Origin: Bdellovibrionales bacterium | GTDB lineage: Bacteria > Bdellovibrionota > Bdellovibrionia > Bdellovibrionales > UBA1609 | Direction of reading: 5' to 3' | Length of the DNA stretch: 48,213 nt | Assembly: GCA_022842925.1 (NCBI GenBank) | Contig: JALHOQ010000002.1 | Coordinates: 1-48,213 of the forward strand | Shown here: positions 29,509 to 38,593 of the stretch, in pieces | Position numbering within the stretch: position 1 is the stretch's first letter | Layout of the letters: the number at the start of each line of letters is the position of its first letter | The notes under the pieces: generated by a model | Seen by the model: the letters and a program-made list of their open reading frames with translations, nothing else | Databases searched by the model: none | Told to the model about the DNA's origin: nothing | Position numbers and translations under genes: made by a program

Positions 29509-30813
29509 GTGAAAGTACAAATCAAAGTCCCCGCTGTGGGCGAGTCGATCACCGAGGGCACAATCGCCCAGTGGACCAAAAAGGACGGCGAATTCGTCAA
29601 GCGCGATGAAGTCGTGATGGTGCTTGAAACGGACAAGGCCAGCGTGGAAGTCGTGGCCGAATCCGACGGTGTCATCTCCATGACGGCAAAAGCCGGCGAT
29701 GTAGTGAAGGTCGGCGCGATCATCGGAGAAATCGACAGCGACGGTAAGGCCACGAGCGCACCCGCACCGGCGGCGCCAGAGGCGAGCACCGCGACCAAGA
29801 CCAGCGCCCCACCCCCGCCCGCGTCGCCTGCCGCAAATGGCAACGGCAGCGCCAAACCTCCGGCGGCCGGTTTTAAAACCGAGACCATGAGCCCGAGTGT
29901 GCGCCGGGTCGTTTCTGAAAGTGGAATCAATCCGGAATCTGTGCCGGGAACCGGCCGCGGCGGACGCCTCACCCGAGCGGATGTACTGGCCGCTTCAGCC
30001 TCGGGCCCGGCTCCCGGTGGCGCTCCCGCGACTGCGGGCAATATGCCCGCCACCCGCCCCGCCGCATCGTCGGTTAGCTTTTTAAAACAGCCCAGCACCA
30101 AGCCGCAATTGGGTGAAGAGATCGTGCGCGAGCAGATGACGACCATCCGCCGTCGCATCGCCGAGCGCCTGGTGCAAGCGCAAAGCACGGCCGCCATTCT
30201 TACGACTTTTAATGAAATCGATATGACGAACTGCATGGCCCTGCGCAAGAAGTACAAAGAGCCGTTCGAAAAGAAATACGGCATCGGACTGGGCTTTATG
30301 GGCTTTTTCGTTAAAGCCGTAATCGAAGGGCTAAAGGCTTTTCCGCGAGTGAACGCGTTCATTGAAGGCCATGACATTGTCTATCACAACTACCAGAGCA
30401 TTGGCGTCGCGGTCGGCACCGAGAAGGGTTTAATGGTTCCCGTTTTAAAACACGCGGAACACATGAGCCTGGCCGAAGTCGAAATGGCCATTAAAAATTA
30501 CGCGCTCAAAGCTCGCGACGGCAAAATTTCCGTCGACGACTTGAGTGGCGGCACCTTCACCATCTCCAATGGCGGCGTTTATGGTTCGCTCATGTCGACG
30601 CCCATCTTGAATCCTCCGCAGAGCGGAATTCTCGGCATGCATAAAATTGAAGAACGACCGATCGCCATGAATGGCCAGGTCGTAATTCGACCGATGATGT
30701 ACGTGGCGCTGAGCTACGATCACCGGATCGTAGACGGCTCTGAAAGTGTCAGCTTCCTCGTGCGCGTGAAGGAGTGCATCGAAGATCCCACCCGGTTGCT
30801 GTTGGAGATTTAA
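29509..30813 (+). CDS. sucB: Dihydrolipoyllysine-residue succinyltransferase (E2 of 2-oxoglutarate dehydrogenase)
   Basis: Lipoyl domain ([10 protein letters not shown]), an Ala/Pro linker, the E3-binding domain ([13 protein letters not shown]), and the catalytic DHRIVDG motif. GTG start with AAGGGAG 7 nt upstream. Confidence 0.95.
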   Translation: MKVQIKVPAVGESITEGTIAQWTKKDGEFVKRDEVVMVLETDKASVEVVAESDGVISMTAKAGDVVKVGAIIGEIDSDGKATSAPAPAAPEASTATKTSAPPPPASPAANGNGSAKPPAAGFKTETMSPSVRRVVSESGINPESVPGTGRGGRLTRADVLAASASGPAPGGAPATAGNMPATRPAASSVSFLKQPSTKPQLGEEIVREQMTTIRRRIAERLVQAQSTAAILTTFNEIDMTNCMALRKKYKEPFEKKYGIGLGFMGFFVKAVIEGLKAFPRVNAFIEGHDIVYHNYQSIGVAVGTEKGLMVPVLKHAEHMSLAEVEMAIKNYALKARDGKISVDDLSGGTFTISNGGVYGSLMSTPILNPPQSGILGMHKIEERPIAMNGQVVIRPMMYVALSYDHRIVDGSESVSFLVRVKECIEDPTRLLLEI

Positions 30814-30819
30814 TAGCGC

Positions 30820-31290
30820 ATGTCGCGTGGTCAATGGGCCGCCGCTATGGTGGCGGCCGTCTTCGCCCTACGATTGCTGCTGATTTTGGCCGAGCCCGGA
30901 ATGGCTTGGGGCCGGAGTTTGGGGCTCGTCAATTGGGCGTGGATCGCCTTGATCCTCTCGATTTCAATCACCTTGGTTATGGCTCCACTTTTGAGCTGGC
31001 TTCGCCACCGGCGCCGGGATGCGCGGATCAACTTGATCGTCGTTGCGCTGGGTTTTGTGTTGAGCTTCGCCTTACACCACCTGTTCGTGGAGTTCGCCGA
31101 CCGAGACTACGGCTTTAAAAAGGCGCTCTACACCGATCAAATCGAGTACTTTTGCTTAAGGGGGTTTGACGTGGAGAAGTGCTCGCTCCTAGTCAACTCG
31201 TGCCCCGAATGCGCCAATGAAATTGAGAAATACAAGCGCGACCAAATGGTCGAAAAGTTGAAAAACACGCGGCCGAGCGTCTTAAAATGA
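30820..31290 (+). CDS. Membrane protein of unknown function with C-terminal Cys-containing tail
   Basis: 156-aa ORF starting 6 nt after the sucB stop, with about 3 hydrophobic helices and a tail FCLRGFDVEKCSLLVNSCPECANEIEKY. No family recognised. Confidence 0.5.
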   Translation: MSRGQWAAAMVAAVFALRLLLILAEPGMAWGRSLGLVNWAWIALILSISITLVMAPLLSWLRHRRRDARINLIVVALGFVLSFALHHLFVEFADRDYGFKKALYTDQIEYFCLRGFDVEKCSLLVNSCPECANEIEKYKRDQMVEKLKNTRPSVLK

Positions 31291-31399
31291 GAATTCGCCT
31301 AACCCGAATACACTCGTCAGCCTCCCGATCAGACCAAGCCGGAGCGAACCAACCTACCGTAAAAGGCTGGGCACTCAACTTGTAGTTCCTAACCCTGAT

Positions 31400-32434
31400 A
31401 TGGGGAAGATCGTCTCAATTTTATTCGGAATTCTCGCCACCCCAGCCTTCTCGGCGGAGACGGCCGTTTCAGGCGGAGAGGCCCCGGCCGTCCTGAAGCA
31501 CAACATCATCTTTCAGGCTCCGCAAGAGGGCCTCGACATGATGAATCTTCCGCATTCACTTGTGGCCACAGCACCCAACTTCGAAATTCTCGACGACTCG
31601 GGCCGACTACTAGACCGTTGCACGGCTTCCGTTGTCTCCGATCACGGCCATCTTCTCACGGCCGGCCATTGCATGGAGAAATGCCTTAAACCGCAACGAG
31701 TCTACACCGGCGATGCGCCGGTAAATTCCGCAGCCCTTGTGGGTAAGACGTGCAACATCCGGATCAACGGTCAGATTCACAAGCTTCCCGTGCTCGCGAC
31801 CAACGGCTGCCCTGGCCAAGGCCGCTGGGGACCGCGCTGCACGGGACTTGACTACGCTCTGCTCGATGCTTCGAGCCTGAAAGACCAGCTTCCCAATTGC
31901 GTCTCCGTCTCGCCGGCAAAGCCCAAAGCCACGGATCGAGCACTGGCTTTAAGTTATCCCGAAAAAAATGAGCGCACGTTTAAGAAAAACCAAAAATACG
32001 AACGTGAGATCTCGGATCAAGTGTCGTCGCTCGGCTACGTGATCGAGCCCCGCAACCACTGCCTGGTCGAAGACCGCGAGGGTCTGATCGAAGACCGCAA
32101 GGAGAACATGGATAGCGAAGTCTTCACCATGGCGACCGTTCGCCGCTGGATCGAGAACCAGCACATTTTGCAAACTGATATCGACATTTTACGGGGCTCG
32201 AGCGGAGCCGGTCTGATCAACTCACATGGCGAGTTGATCGGAATTGCCCGGATGTACAATGGGCGACTGCACAACAAAAATCAGGAATGTAAGGGTGCAA
32301 CACTCTTTACCAATGCGAAAACGGCCGTGGAAAAGATTAAAGCGAGTCTACCTTCGGAAACCGCCAGCGCGGCTTTTGAGTGCCGCAAGAACAATTTCTT
32401 AAAAAAGCCCATGTCGGGAGGAACTGACATATGA
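31400..32434 (+). CDS. Secreted trypsin-like (S1/chymotrypsin-fold) serine peptidase
   Basis: Signal peptide (ILATPAFSA-E) and catalytic triad motifs in canonical order: LLTAGHC (His), LDYALLD (Asp), RGSSGAGLI (Ser). A charged insertion of about 100 aa lies between the Asp and Ser motifs. Confidence 0.75.
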   Translation: MGKIVSILFGILATPAFSAETAVSGGEAPAVLKHNIIFQAPQEGLDMMNLPHSLVATAPNFEILDDSGRLLDRCTASVVSDHGHLLTAGHCMEKCLKPQRVYTGDAPVNSAALVGKTCNIRINGQIHKLPVLATNGCPGQGRWGPRCTGLDYALLDASSLKDQLPNCVSVSPAKPKATDRALALSYPEKNERTFKKNQKYEREISDQVSSLGYVIEPRNHCLVEDREGLIEDRKENMDSEVFTMATVRRWIENQHILQTDIDILRGSSGAGLINSHGELIGIARMYNGRLHNKNQECKGATLFTNAKTAVEKIKASLPSETASAAFECRKNNFLKKPMSGGTDI

Positions 32435-33465
32435 AAATCCATTTTCTTTTCGGGATTATCCTCAGTTTGTTTCCGCTCGGCCTTGCGGCCCAGCCTCTAG
32501 ACAGCCACTTTCTGGATTCTTGCGAGAAGAGCAAGTCTCAGGTGAAAGCCGTAGAACAGGTATTAGCTCAACGTGGGGGTCGCCCTCTGGCCCGAACAAC
32601 TCCCTTGTTCAATAAGAGTCAGGAAGAGTGTTTTACCCAGCCGAAAGACGTCAAACTCAGCGACGATGAAGTTCAACAAAGTCGCGGCGGAGGCGGGACG
32701 GTCGGCCTGATGCGAACAGGTCTCGCTCGTTCCCGTCTCGGAGCCGAGAAGATGAAGGGTCGCTTTGACCGATGCAGCCAAGATCACAATGCCTTTCAAC
32801 AGGCCATCAAAGATGACCGCGATCAATTGCACGATCAGATCAGTGAACAGCAAAAGGCCTTACGCGATTACGAAGAGCAGGCAAGAAAGAACTACGTACC
32901 GGCAGCTCAGCAGCAGCCTCATATCGACCGCTTTCGCAAGCAGATCCGAGAACTTGAAGACGATGTGAGCAAAACAGGCCAAGTGAGCAGCTATGGCCGG
33001 GATGCGTATCAGGCCATGACTGCCTGTTACGCCCGCTTACAAAGCATCTACGACAAAGCTGCCTACGACTATGAAGAAGGATTGGCCATGGTCTCGGGCG
33101 ACGAAGCGGCAATGGCGTCCCTCGGTCCTCCACCGGAGGGTCCTAAGGATTCCGCGGTCACGCAGCTCGGTAACCAAGCTCAAGATAAGGCGAAAGAATG
33201 GTTGCAAGAAAAGGCCGTGCAGGCGCCCATCGAACAAGGTGTAAAACAAACTGCAAAAGCCGTGGGCCGAGCCCTGGCCACGCAGCTACCTAAGCGATTG
33301 GTCGGCGGTCTCGCCGGCGCGGCCGGAGACATCGTTATCCCAGACGCAAATCCCGGAGGTGCCTGCTCGGGCGCCCCGATCGATGACCCGTGGAAGCGCT
33401 ACAATGCCGGCTGCTTCAGAGTGAACTCCGTCGGCAGCGCCATTTCAATTTTGCAGCGGCCTTAG
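32431..33465 (+). CDS. Secreted coiled-coil protein of unknown function
   Basis: 344-aa ORF with a signal peptide (FPLGLAA-QP). The start overlaps the protease stop (ATGA). It has a Gln/Glu/Lys-rich helical middle and a Gly/Cys-containing C-terminus (PGGACSGAPIDDPWKRYNAGCF). No family recognised. Confidence 0.55.
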   Translation: MKIHFLFGIILSLFPLGLAAQPLDSHFLDSCEKSKSQVKAVEQVLAQRGGRPLARTTPLFNKSQEECFTQPKDVKLSDDEVQQSRGGGGTVGLMRTGLARSRLGAEKMKGRFDRCSQDHNAFQQAIKDDRDQLHDQISEQQKALRDYEEQARKNYVPAAQQQPHIDRFRKQIRELEDDVSKTGQVSSYGRDAYQAMTACYARLQSIYDKAAYDYEEGLAMVSGDEAAMASLGPPPEGPKDSAVTQLGNQAQDKAKEWLQEKAVQAPIEQGVKQTAKAVGRALATQLPKRLVGGLAGAAGDIVIPDANPGGACSGAPIDDPWKRYNAGCFRVNSVGSAISILQRP

Positions 33466-34466
33466 GCGTCGATACCCATGGCTGTGCGGATTTGTTTTAT
33501 AAAGGGAACGGATTTTTCGCGAGCGCGCTGAGCGCCCTTCTTTAGCAACTCGTCGATCTGCGACTTGTCCGCCATCAGAGACTTATATTTTTCACGATTC
33601 TGCGCGAGAGCCGCATCCATCACGTTAAAAAGCTCTTCCTTCGCCGTACCCCAGGCAATCCCTTTGGCGTAGCGAGCGCGCATGTCTTCGACCTGCGCCG
33701 GCGAGGCAAAGCATTCATAGAGTTCAAAAATAATCGAGCCCTCAGTCGACTTCGGCGCCTCGGGCGGTAAGGAGTCGGATTTGATTTTCATTACGAGCTT
33801 GCGCATTTTGGTCGGCTCTTCAAAAAGCGGAATGTAGTTGTCGTAGGACTTCGACATCTTTCGTCCATCCAAACCGGGAACACTCTTGCCCTTGGCCTGC
33901 ACGACTTCCTTTGGCACTTTTAAAATCTCGCCGTATTGTCGGTTGAATTTTTGCGCGATATCGCGGGCGATTTCTAAGTGCTGGGTTTGATCATCGCCGA
34001 CTGGAACTTTATCGGCCGAGAACATCAGAATATCCGCCGTCATCAGAATCGGATAATTGTAGAGCCCCATGTTGACGCCGAAATCGAGATCCTCTTTGCC
34101 GTTCTCCTGATTCTCTTGCACTTTCGCCTTGTACGCATGGGCGCGATTCATTAACCCCTTTGGGGTGAAGCACGACAAAATCCAATTGAGTTCCATGATT
34201 TCAGGAACATCGGATTGACGGTAGAAAACCGTCTTTGAGGGATCAAGACCACAAGCCAACCAGGTCGCGGCCACTTCATAGGTCATCTCACGCATTCGCT
34301 TCGGGTCAGGCGCGCCGGTCAATGTGTGATAGTCGGCGATAAAGAGCCACGTCTCTGTATTCGGCTGCCCACTGAATTCGAGCGCGGGCCGAATGGCACC
34401 CAGATAATTTCCGATATGCGGCTGCCCGCTGGGCTTAACTCCGGTAAGAACTGTGGTCGGTTTCAT
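33462..34466 (-). CDS. trpS: Tryptophan--tRNA ligase
   Basis: Class I motifs are present: the HIGH-type PHIGNYLGA and KMSKS. I use the ATG at 34464-34466 (MKPTTVLTGVKPSG), the canonical TrpRS N-terminus, rather than the GTG at 34523. Confidence 0.93.
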   Translation of the reverse strand: MKPTTVLTGVKPSGQPHIGNYLGAIRPALEFSGQPNTETWLFIADYHTLTGAPDPKRMREMTYEVAATWLACGLDPSKTVFYRQSDVPEIMELNWILSCFTPKGLMNRAHAYKAKVQENQENGKEDLDFGVNMGLYNYPILMTADILMFSADKVPVGDDQTQHLEIARDIAQKFNRQYGEILKVPKEVVQAKGKSVPGLDGRKMSKSYDNYIPLFEEPTKMRKLVMKIKSDSLPPEAPKSTEGSIIFELYECFASPAQVEDMRARYAKGIAWGTAKEELFNVMDAALAQNREKYKSLMADKSQIDELLKKGAQRAREKSVPFIKQIRTAMGIDA

Positions 34467-34523
34467 ATAAGAAGGTAAATTAAGGTGCTCGTCGACTTTT
34501 TGCAACCCTATGCGTCGTCGCAC

Positions 34524-34967
34524 CTAGGCGTGGCGGGCAAAATCGCGCCACGTGGCCTGAGTCGGAAGCGGAGGCTTCGGCGGTGGCGCATTTAGGCCGT
34601 GGAGAATGGCCAAAGCTTCAGGCGAGAGCGCGAGATTTTTTTGCTGAAGCGATGAGCTAAACATGTTGCCTATCCACATAAGAATTGCGCCCGGGATCGC
34701 GAAGGCGATAAATACCGCGAGAGGCCCCACAAAAAGCAGAATCATATACCCCAGCCCCGCCGTATCGTGAAACTTGAGCTTCCCGCTCATCCCAAACGCG
34801 ATAAAACCTAAGAACGTCACGGGTGCCCAGATACATCCGTTCACGAACAAGGAAAGGCCGACTCCCTCTAACCAATTCGATTTTTTGCGCTTGGCATAGA
34901 GATAATAAACGATCGCAACCGGCAAGGCCGGAATCAATAAAACCAGGATCTTCAACCCATCCTGCAT
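34524..34967 (-). CDS. Polytopic membrane protein of unknown function
   Basis: 147-aa ORF with about 4 hydrophobic helices and a Pro-rich C-terminal tail (APPPKPPLP). It is tightly packed between the DUF3137-like gene and trpS. Confidence 0.5.
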   Translation of the reverse strand: MQDGLKILVLLIPALPVAIVYYLYAKRKKSNWLEGVGLSLFVNGCIWAPVTFLGFIAFGMSGKLKFHDTAGLGYMILLFVGPLAVFIAFAIPGAILMWIGNMFSSSLQQKNLALSPEALAILHGLNAPPPKPPLPTQATWRDFARHA

Positions 34968-34971
34968 TTGC

Positions 34972-35997
34972 TTATCCCGCCCTTTCTTCCGGACGCCAAA
35001 TCGTCTCGCCCACTTTCATATCAGCCAGGACACGAAGCATCGACTGCAAACGAAAAGCGTCTTCTTCACAAGACGCAAGCCAAGCGGTCGGCTCGTCACC
35101 ATTCAAAGCGAATTTAGTGCCCGCCTCTGGAATGGCCAGCATAAGTGTGGATTCGAAAAACGCACCCATCATCGCTCGCTCACCCAAACGCCGTTTAAGA
35201 TTCAAGACATCCTCAATCGTACTGGCGGACAAAACATAGTGCGCCACCACCGGGTCACTCGCCCGCACGACGAACTCGCGCTCGAAATCCTGGTTCTCCA
35301 ATCGCACCGCAAACTGATCGCGCAGCTCACGCCATTCCGTTGCCAGCCAGCCAAGCCGGCTCTCGATATGATCGGGGGCCAAGGTCACCCAACCGTCGAA
35401 CTTGCGCGGAAAATCGGCCAGCACCAGATAGCCGTCAAAACAAATTTCCTCGACCTTGCGTTTGACTTTGCGGTTGCCGATCGTCTCGGTCACTTCCCGA
35501 TAGTACCCGGCCCGAGTCAAAACAATGGCCACATCGGCGGCACCCATACGGCCCGCGATACACCCGTACTCACGTACAAATTCGATTTTTTTGAAATTTT
35601 CAAACAATCGCGACTTCGCGACGAGGGCGTCGAGCTGCGGGGCCGAGCGGGTAAAGCGAAAGCCGGGAGCGATAAAGCCGACCATCTCGTTGATCCCGCG
35701 AAGATGCACGTCGGCCGCCGACGCCTTATAGCGAGCCGGCTTAAACCTCTCATCGGTCAGAAAATAGTAGTTGAACAGGGCCAATGCCCCGACCAGCAGA
35801 AGTCCGAGGGGAGTGAGTTTTCCGGCGAACTGAAAAAAAATCCCGGCCGCCATAATTGAAACAGCAGGAAAAGCGAGGCGCCCTAATGCCAATCGAGCTG
35901 ATAACCCGAGCGCATGAGCGGCTTCATAATACGGCCGGACCTTCCGGTCATAATGTTCAAAAAAGCCATCAGGCAACGAATCGGTGGAAAAGCGCAC
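34972..35997 (-). CDS. DUF3137-like membrane-anchored protein
   Basis: 341-aa ORF with two N-terminal TM helices followed by a soluble domain. The segment RLENQDFEREFVVRASDPVVAHYVLS resembles, from memory, the conserved DUF3137 block (FE..F.V.s.D...A.Y.L). It lies directly downstream of lemA, a pairing commonly seen for DUF3137. Confidence 0.5.
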   Translation of the reverse strand: MRFSTDSLPDGFFEHYDRKVRPYYEAAHALGLSARLALGRLAFPAVSIMAAGIFFQFAGKLTPLGLLLVGALALFNYYFLTDERFKPARYKASAADVHLRGINEMVGFIAPGFRFTRSAPQLDALVAKSRLFENFKKIEFVREYGCIAGRMGAADVAIVLTRAGYYREVTETIGNRKVKRKVEEICFDGYLVLADFPRKFDGWVTLAPDHIESRLGWLATEWRELRDQFAVRLENQDFEREFVVRASDPVVAHYVLSASTIEDVLNLKRRLGERAMMGAFFESTLMLAIPEAGTKFALNGDEPTAWLASCEEDAFRLQSMLRVLADMKVGETIWRPEERAG

Positions 35998-36000
35998 GGG

Positions 36001-36570
36001 TTACCCCGCCCGGTCGCCGAAAAGTCGATCTAGATTCGGCACCTCTTTTTGTGCCTCTGAAACCGTAAGGACGGCCTTGCGTTTATACCCCATAATCCCC
36101 GCCACTATATTGTAGGGGATCATTTCGACGCCATTGTTGTAACTCGTAACAGAGGAGTTGTACGCGCGACGTGCCGCCGACAGCTGTTCTTCGACTTCAT
36201 TAAGTGAAGACTGCAAATGCAGAAAATTCTGATTGGCCTTGAGCTCAGGATAAGCCTCGGCTCGCACCATAATGGTTTTAAGCAACTGCGAAGTCTGGCC
36301 GTCCCAGTTTGAGCTTTCTTCGGGAGTGTGCGGTGAGCGACTCGCACGCTCGCGTAGCTGCACGATTTTTTCAAGAAGGTCCTTTTCGTGCGTCATGTAC
36401 GTCTTTACGGCCGAAACAAGATTGGGAATTAAGTCGCTGCGTTTTTGAAAATACGCATCGATGGCGCCCCAGCAGGTTTCCACATCGTTTTTGCGTCCGA
36501 CAAGTGAGTTGTATATTACGACAAAGCCCAAGACCGCGACCGCCCCAGCGATCATAAACCAAATGCTCAT
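36001..36570 (-). CDS. lemA: LemA family protein
   Basis: An N-terminal TM helix followed by YNSLVGRKNDVETCWGAIDAYFQKRSDLIPNLV, AYPELKANQNFLHLQ and EEQLSAARRAYN, all typical LemA blocks. I use the ATG at 36570, which has GGAGGG 5 nt upstream. Confidence 0.88.
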   Translation of the reverse strand: MSIWFMIAGAVAVLGFVVIYNSLVGRKNDVETCWGAIDAYFQKRSDLIPNLVSAVKTYMTHEKDLLEKIVQLRERASRSPHTPEESSNWDGQTSQLLKTIMVRAEAYPELKANQNFLHLQSSLNEVEEQLSAARRAYNSSVTSYNNGVEMIPYNIVAGIMGYKRKAVLTVSEAQKEVPNLDRLFGDRAG

Positions 36571-36664
36571 TCGACCCTCCGTCACCTTCTCTTCGGAGTG
36601 CCCTGGACCCGTCTAAAAGAAATTAGCACGAGGTATCACATTGACGCGTTTCCAGACTTTCATC

Positions 36665-37438
36665 CTAGCGTAGCGTGAGCGAGCTCGGGATAAAATCCCA
36701 CGAAAGGTAACCCCAAGCCGTGAATCCCTTATCTTTCAAAGTGGACTCAAACTCCCCGGCCCCCACACCGAGCGCAAAATCCCCGCTGGTAAAGCGAACC
36801 ATGCCAAAGGGCATTCGCGAAAATCCCCCATCGTCCTCGGCGTAGCGAACCCCGCCGATAACGGCCCAGGTCTCCGAGATTTTGTAACCGCCCACTCCGT
36901 AATAAACCGTCTGTGATTCACCCTCTGCGCGCAGCACAAGCCCCGATGTCGGTTCAATAAAATCGCCGACCTGTCCTTTCGGTTGCGACCATCGTTCGCG
37001 CCGCCAAAGTCCTCGCACAAAAACCGGCCCGGCGCCCAGAGTCAGTTCACTACCAAAAAAAGTACGGTGGAAGCGACCCAGACACCGACTGGTCTCACAG
37101 TCGTAGGGCGTATAGTCCTTATCGTTCTGAACGGATTCTCCACCGGCGCGTATTCCCAAAAAGGCGAGTGGAAAGACCTCGAGTTGAGCCATTCCCGAAT
37201 TGTAAGTCGCGGCGCTGTTGACCGCGAAGTTCGGCCGAACGAAGCCCGAAAAAGGTGAGCCCGCGGTCCCATATAATAGAAAGCCATATCCGGCCCGCCC
37301 TTCCACCACGCCACTTAAGGGATAGGAGCGAAAGGTTCCTCCTACACCTAGGTCTAGGTTGGCCCACGCTGGCCAAGACAGGACTAAAACGACAAATGTC
37401 GGCAGCCACCATCGAATTTGGTCATCGACTTTTTTCAT
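36665..37438 (-). CDS. Putative outer-membrane/periplasmic beta-rich protein
   Basis: ORF trimmed to the ATG at 37436-37438 (MKKVDDQIRWWLPTFVVLVLSWPAWA-N, a signal peptide). The protein is Gly/Tyr/Phe-rich with alternating segments. No SD is visible and no family is recognised. Confidence 0.5.
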   Translation of the reverse strand: MKKVDDQIRWWLPTFVVLVLSWPAWANLDLGVGGTFRSYPLSGVVEGRAGYGFLLYGTAGSPFSGFVRPNFAVNSAATYNSGMAQLEVFPLAFLGIRAGGESVQNDKDYTPYDCETSRCLGRFHRTFFGSELTLGAGPVFVRGLWRRERWSQPKGQVGDFIEPTSGLVLRAEGESQTVYYGVGGYKISETWAVIGGVRYAEDDGGFSRMPFGMVRFTSGDFALGVGAGEFESTLKDKGFTAWGYLSWDFIPSSLTLR

Positions 37439-37672
37439 AGGTAAAAAACTTCCCAAATCGAGCACAAGTTGTACAGCCCAATTGAGCCTTCACTCTAACT
37501 CCAGTTGCGTGCCGATTCCCACCATGAAAATTGGAAATGGGTTGTCAAAAAGAATGACACAGGCACTCCGGCGGCCCGGCGCTTGCTCAGTAGTCGGTGC
37601 GAGGAACGATGCCTCACGCATGAACCAACCCAACAGACCGTGAGTCCAGGATGGACTTTCGGCCCTCCTGTC

Positions 37673-37712
37673 CGCTCGCCTCCTTGTGAAAGGGGAGGCG
37701 GGCGTTCTTTTT
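37673..37712 (+). terminator. Strong intrinsic (rho-independent) terminator with no upstream CDS
   Basis: CGCTCGCCTCC (37673-37683) pairs with GGAGGCGGGCG (37694-37704), giving 10 Watson-Crick pairs plus 1 G-U. A 10-nt loop region separates the arms, and TTCTTTTT (37705-37712) follows. The T-tract is present only on the plus strand. Confidence 0.65.
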
Positions 37713-37925
37713 CAAAACCTTCTACCTTTCCACTGCCAACCCACCGCCCCCAACCCGGGGGCCGGCAGCCCCGTTGTGTGAAGCGTGAGCGCTTAAGGTC
37801 ACCGGGAGATAGAATCTTCACTCTATTTCAGATATCTCGCCCGTCATATCGCAGACTTAACGGCGGCACTTGAAATGCTCTATGAGCTTGCAGAGGTTTA
37901 ATGCCGCAACCAAGGAGTGGTTCAG

Positions 37926-38573
37926 GTGAACAAAGTCGACCAAGAACTTGAGAATTCAACTTTTGCCGTCACGGCCGCGCTCGGCGCATTCGTTATGGCC
38001 TCGCTGATCCAGATTTATTTCTGGGATAAATACTCACTCGACATCATTCCAATCACACTAAAAGAAGTGGTCGGCGCCACCTCGCCCTCCGACTGGGAAG
38101 ACAAGGCCTCCATGTGCTCGGATCTAAAGAAATGGGATTGCGTGGAAGCGCAATACCTGAAGGCCGCGCAATACGATAAAAGCAAGTATGTTCGTCTAGC
38201 CGGTTTTCAGTTCTCACGGCGGAAGTATGAACGCTCTGCGCGCAGCTTCGCCATTTATTTTGAAAACTCTAAAAACATAAACGGAATCTTAAAAGGCGAG
38301 GAGATCGAAATCGCCCTCACCTATGCGAAAGCTTTGACAGAATTAAACCAAAACGAAGAGGCCGCAAAATTTTACGAGAAGGTGCTCGAAGCCAAACCCG
38401 ACACAGTGCAAGTCAGCGTCATTCATAGCTACGTCAAGATCTTGTTCAAAAACGGTAAATATGGCCGCGCGCGCGTTCTAATTGAGGACGTACGCAAAAG
38501 CAGCTCGACCGCTGCCCAGTTTATGGAGGCGGAGTATCAGCAAATTCGTAAATTGAGGACCGCGTCTCGCTAG
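37926..38573 (+). CDS. Membrane-anchored TPR-like helical repeat protein
   Basis: One N-terminal TM helix (FAVTAALGAFVMASLIQIYFW), then helical repeats (ALTYAKALTELNQNEEAAKFYEKVLEAKPD). I prefer the GTG at 37926, 8 nt after AAGGAG, over the track start at 37917, which overlaps the SD. Confidence 0.55.
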   Translation: MNKVDQELENSTFAVTAALGAFVMASLIQIYFWDKYSLDIIPITLKEVVGATSPSDWEDKASMCSDLKKWDCVEAQYLKAAQYDKSKYVRLAGFQFSRRKYERSARSFAIYFENSKNINGILKGEEIEIALTYAKALTELNQNEEAAKFYEKVLEAKPDTVQVSVIHSYVKILFKNGKYGRARVLIEDVRKSSSTAAQFMEAEYQQIRKLRTASR

Positions 38574-38593
38574 CCATATGGTTCTATGTTACT

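Noticed and set aside
29490-30377. 295-aa minus-strand ORF antisense to sucB
   Set aside because: It lies entirely within the well-supported sucB gene. Its Ala/Gly/Pro/Ser-rich composition mirrors the GC-rich Ala/Pro linker of E2. It has no SD or recognisable motif, so it is a shadow ORF.
37540-37715. Possible identity of the candidate sRNA as RNase P RNA, tmRNA, SRP (4.5S) RNA, or a c-di-GMP or cobalamin riboswitch
   Set aside because: I looked for GAGGAAAGTCCGGGC and ACAGAACCCGGCTTA (RNase P), a tRNA-like 3' end with CCA and a tag ORF (tmRNA), GGAAGCAGCC (SRP), GCAAACC/GACGCAAAGCC (GEMM-I) and the B12 box. The only hit is a partial GAAAGTCC on the minus strand, which is not enough to name any family.
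37495-37873. ORFs 37505..37873 (+, 122 aa) and 37495..37821 (-, 108 aa) in the 450-bp gene-free region
   Set aside because: Both are Arg/Pro/Gly/Trp-rich with no SD, and they are mutually overlapping mirror frames. The plus-strand frame reads straight through a strong terminator hairpin.
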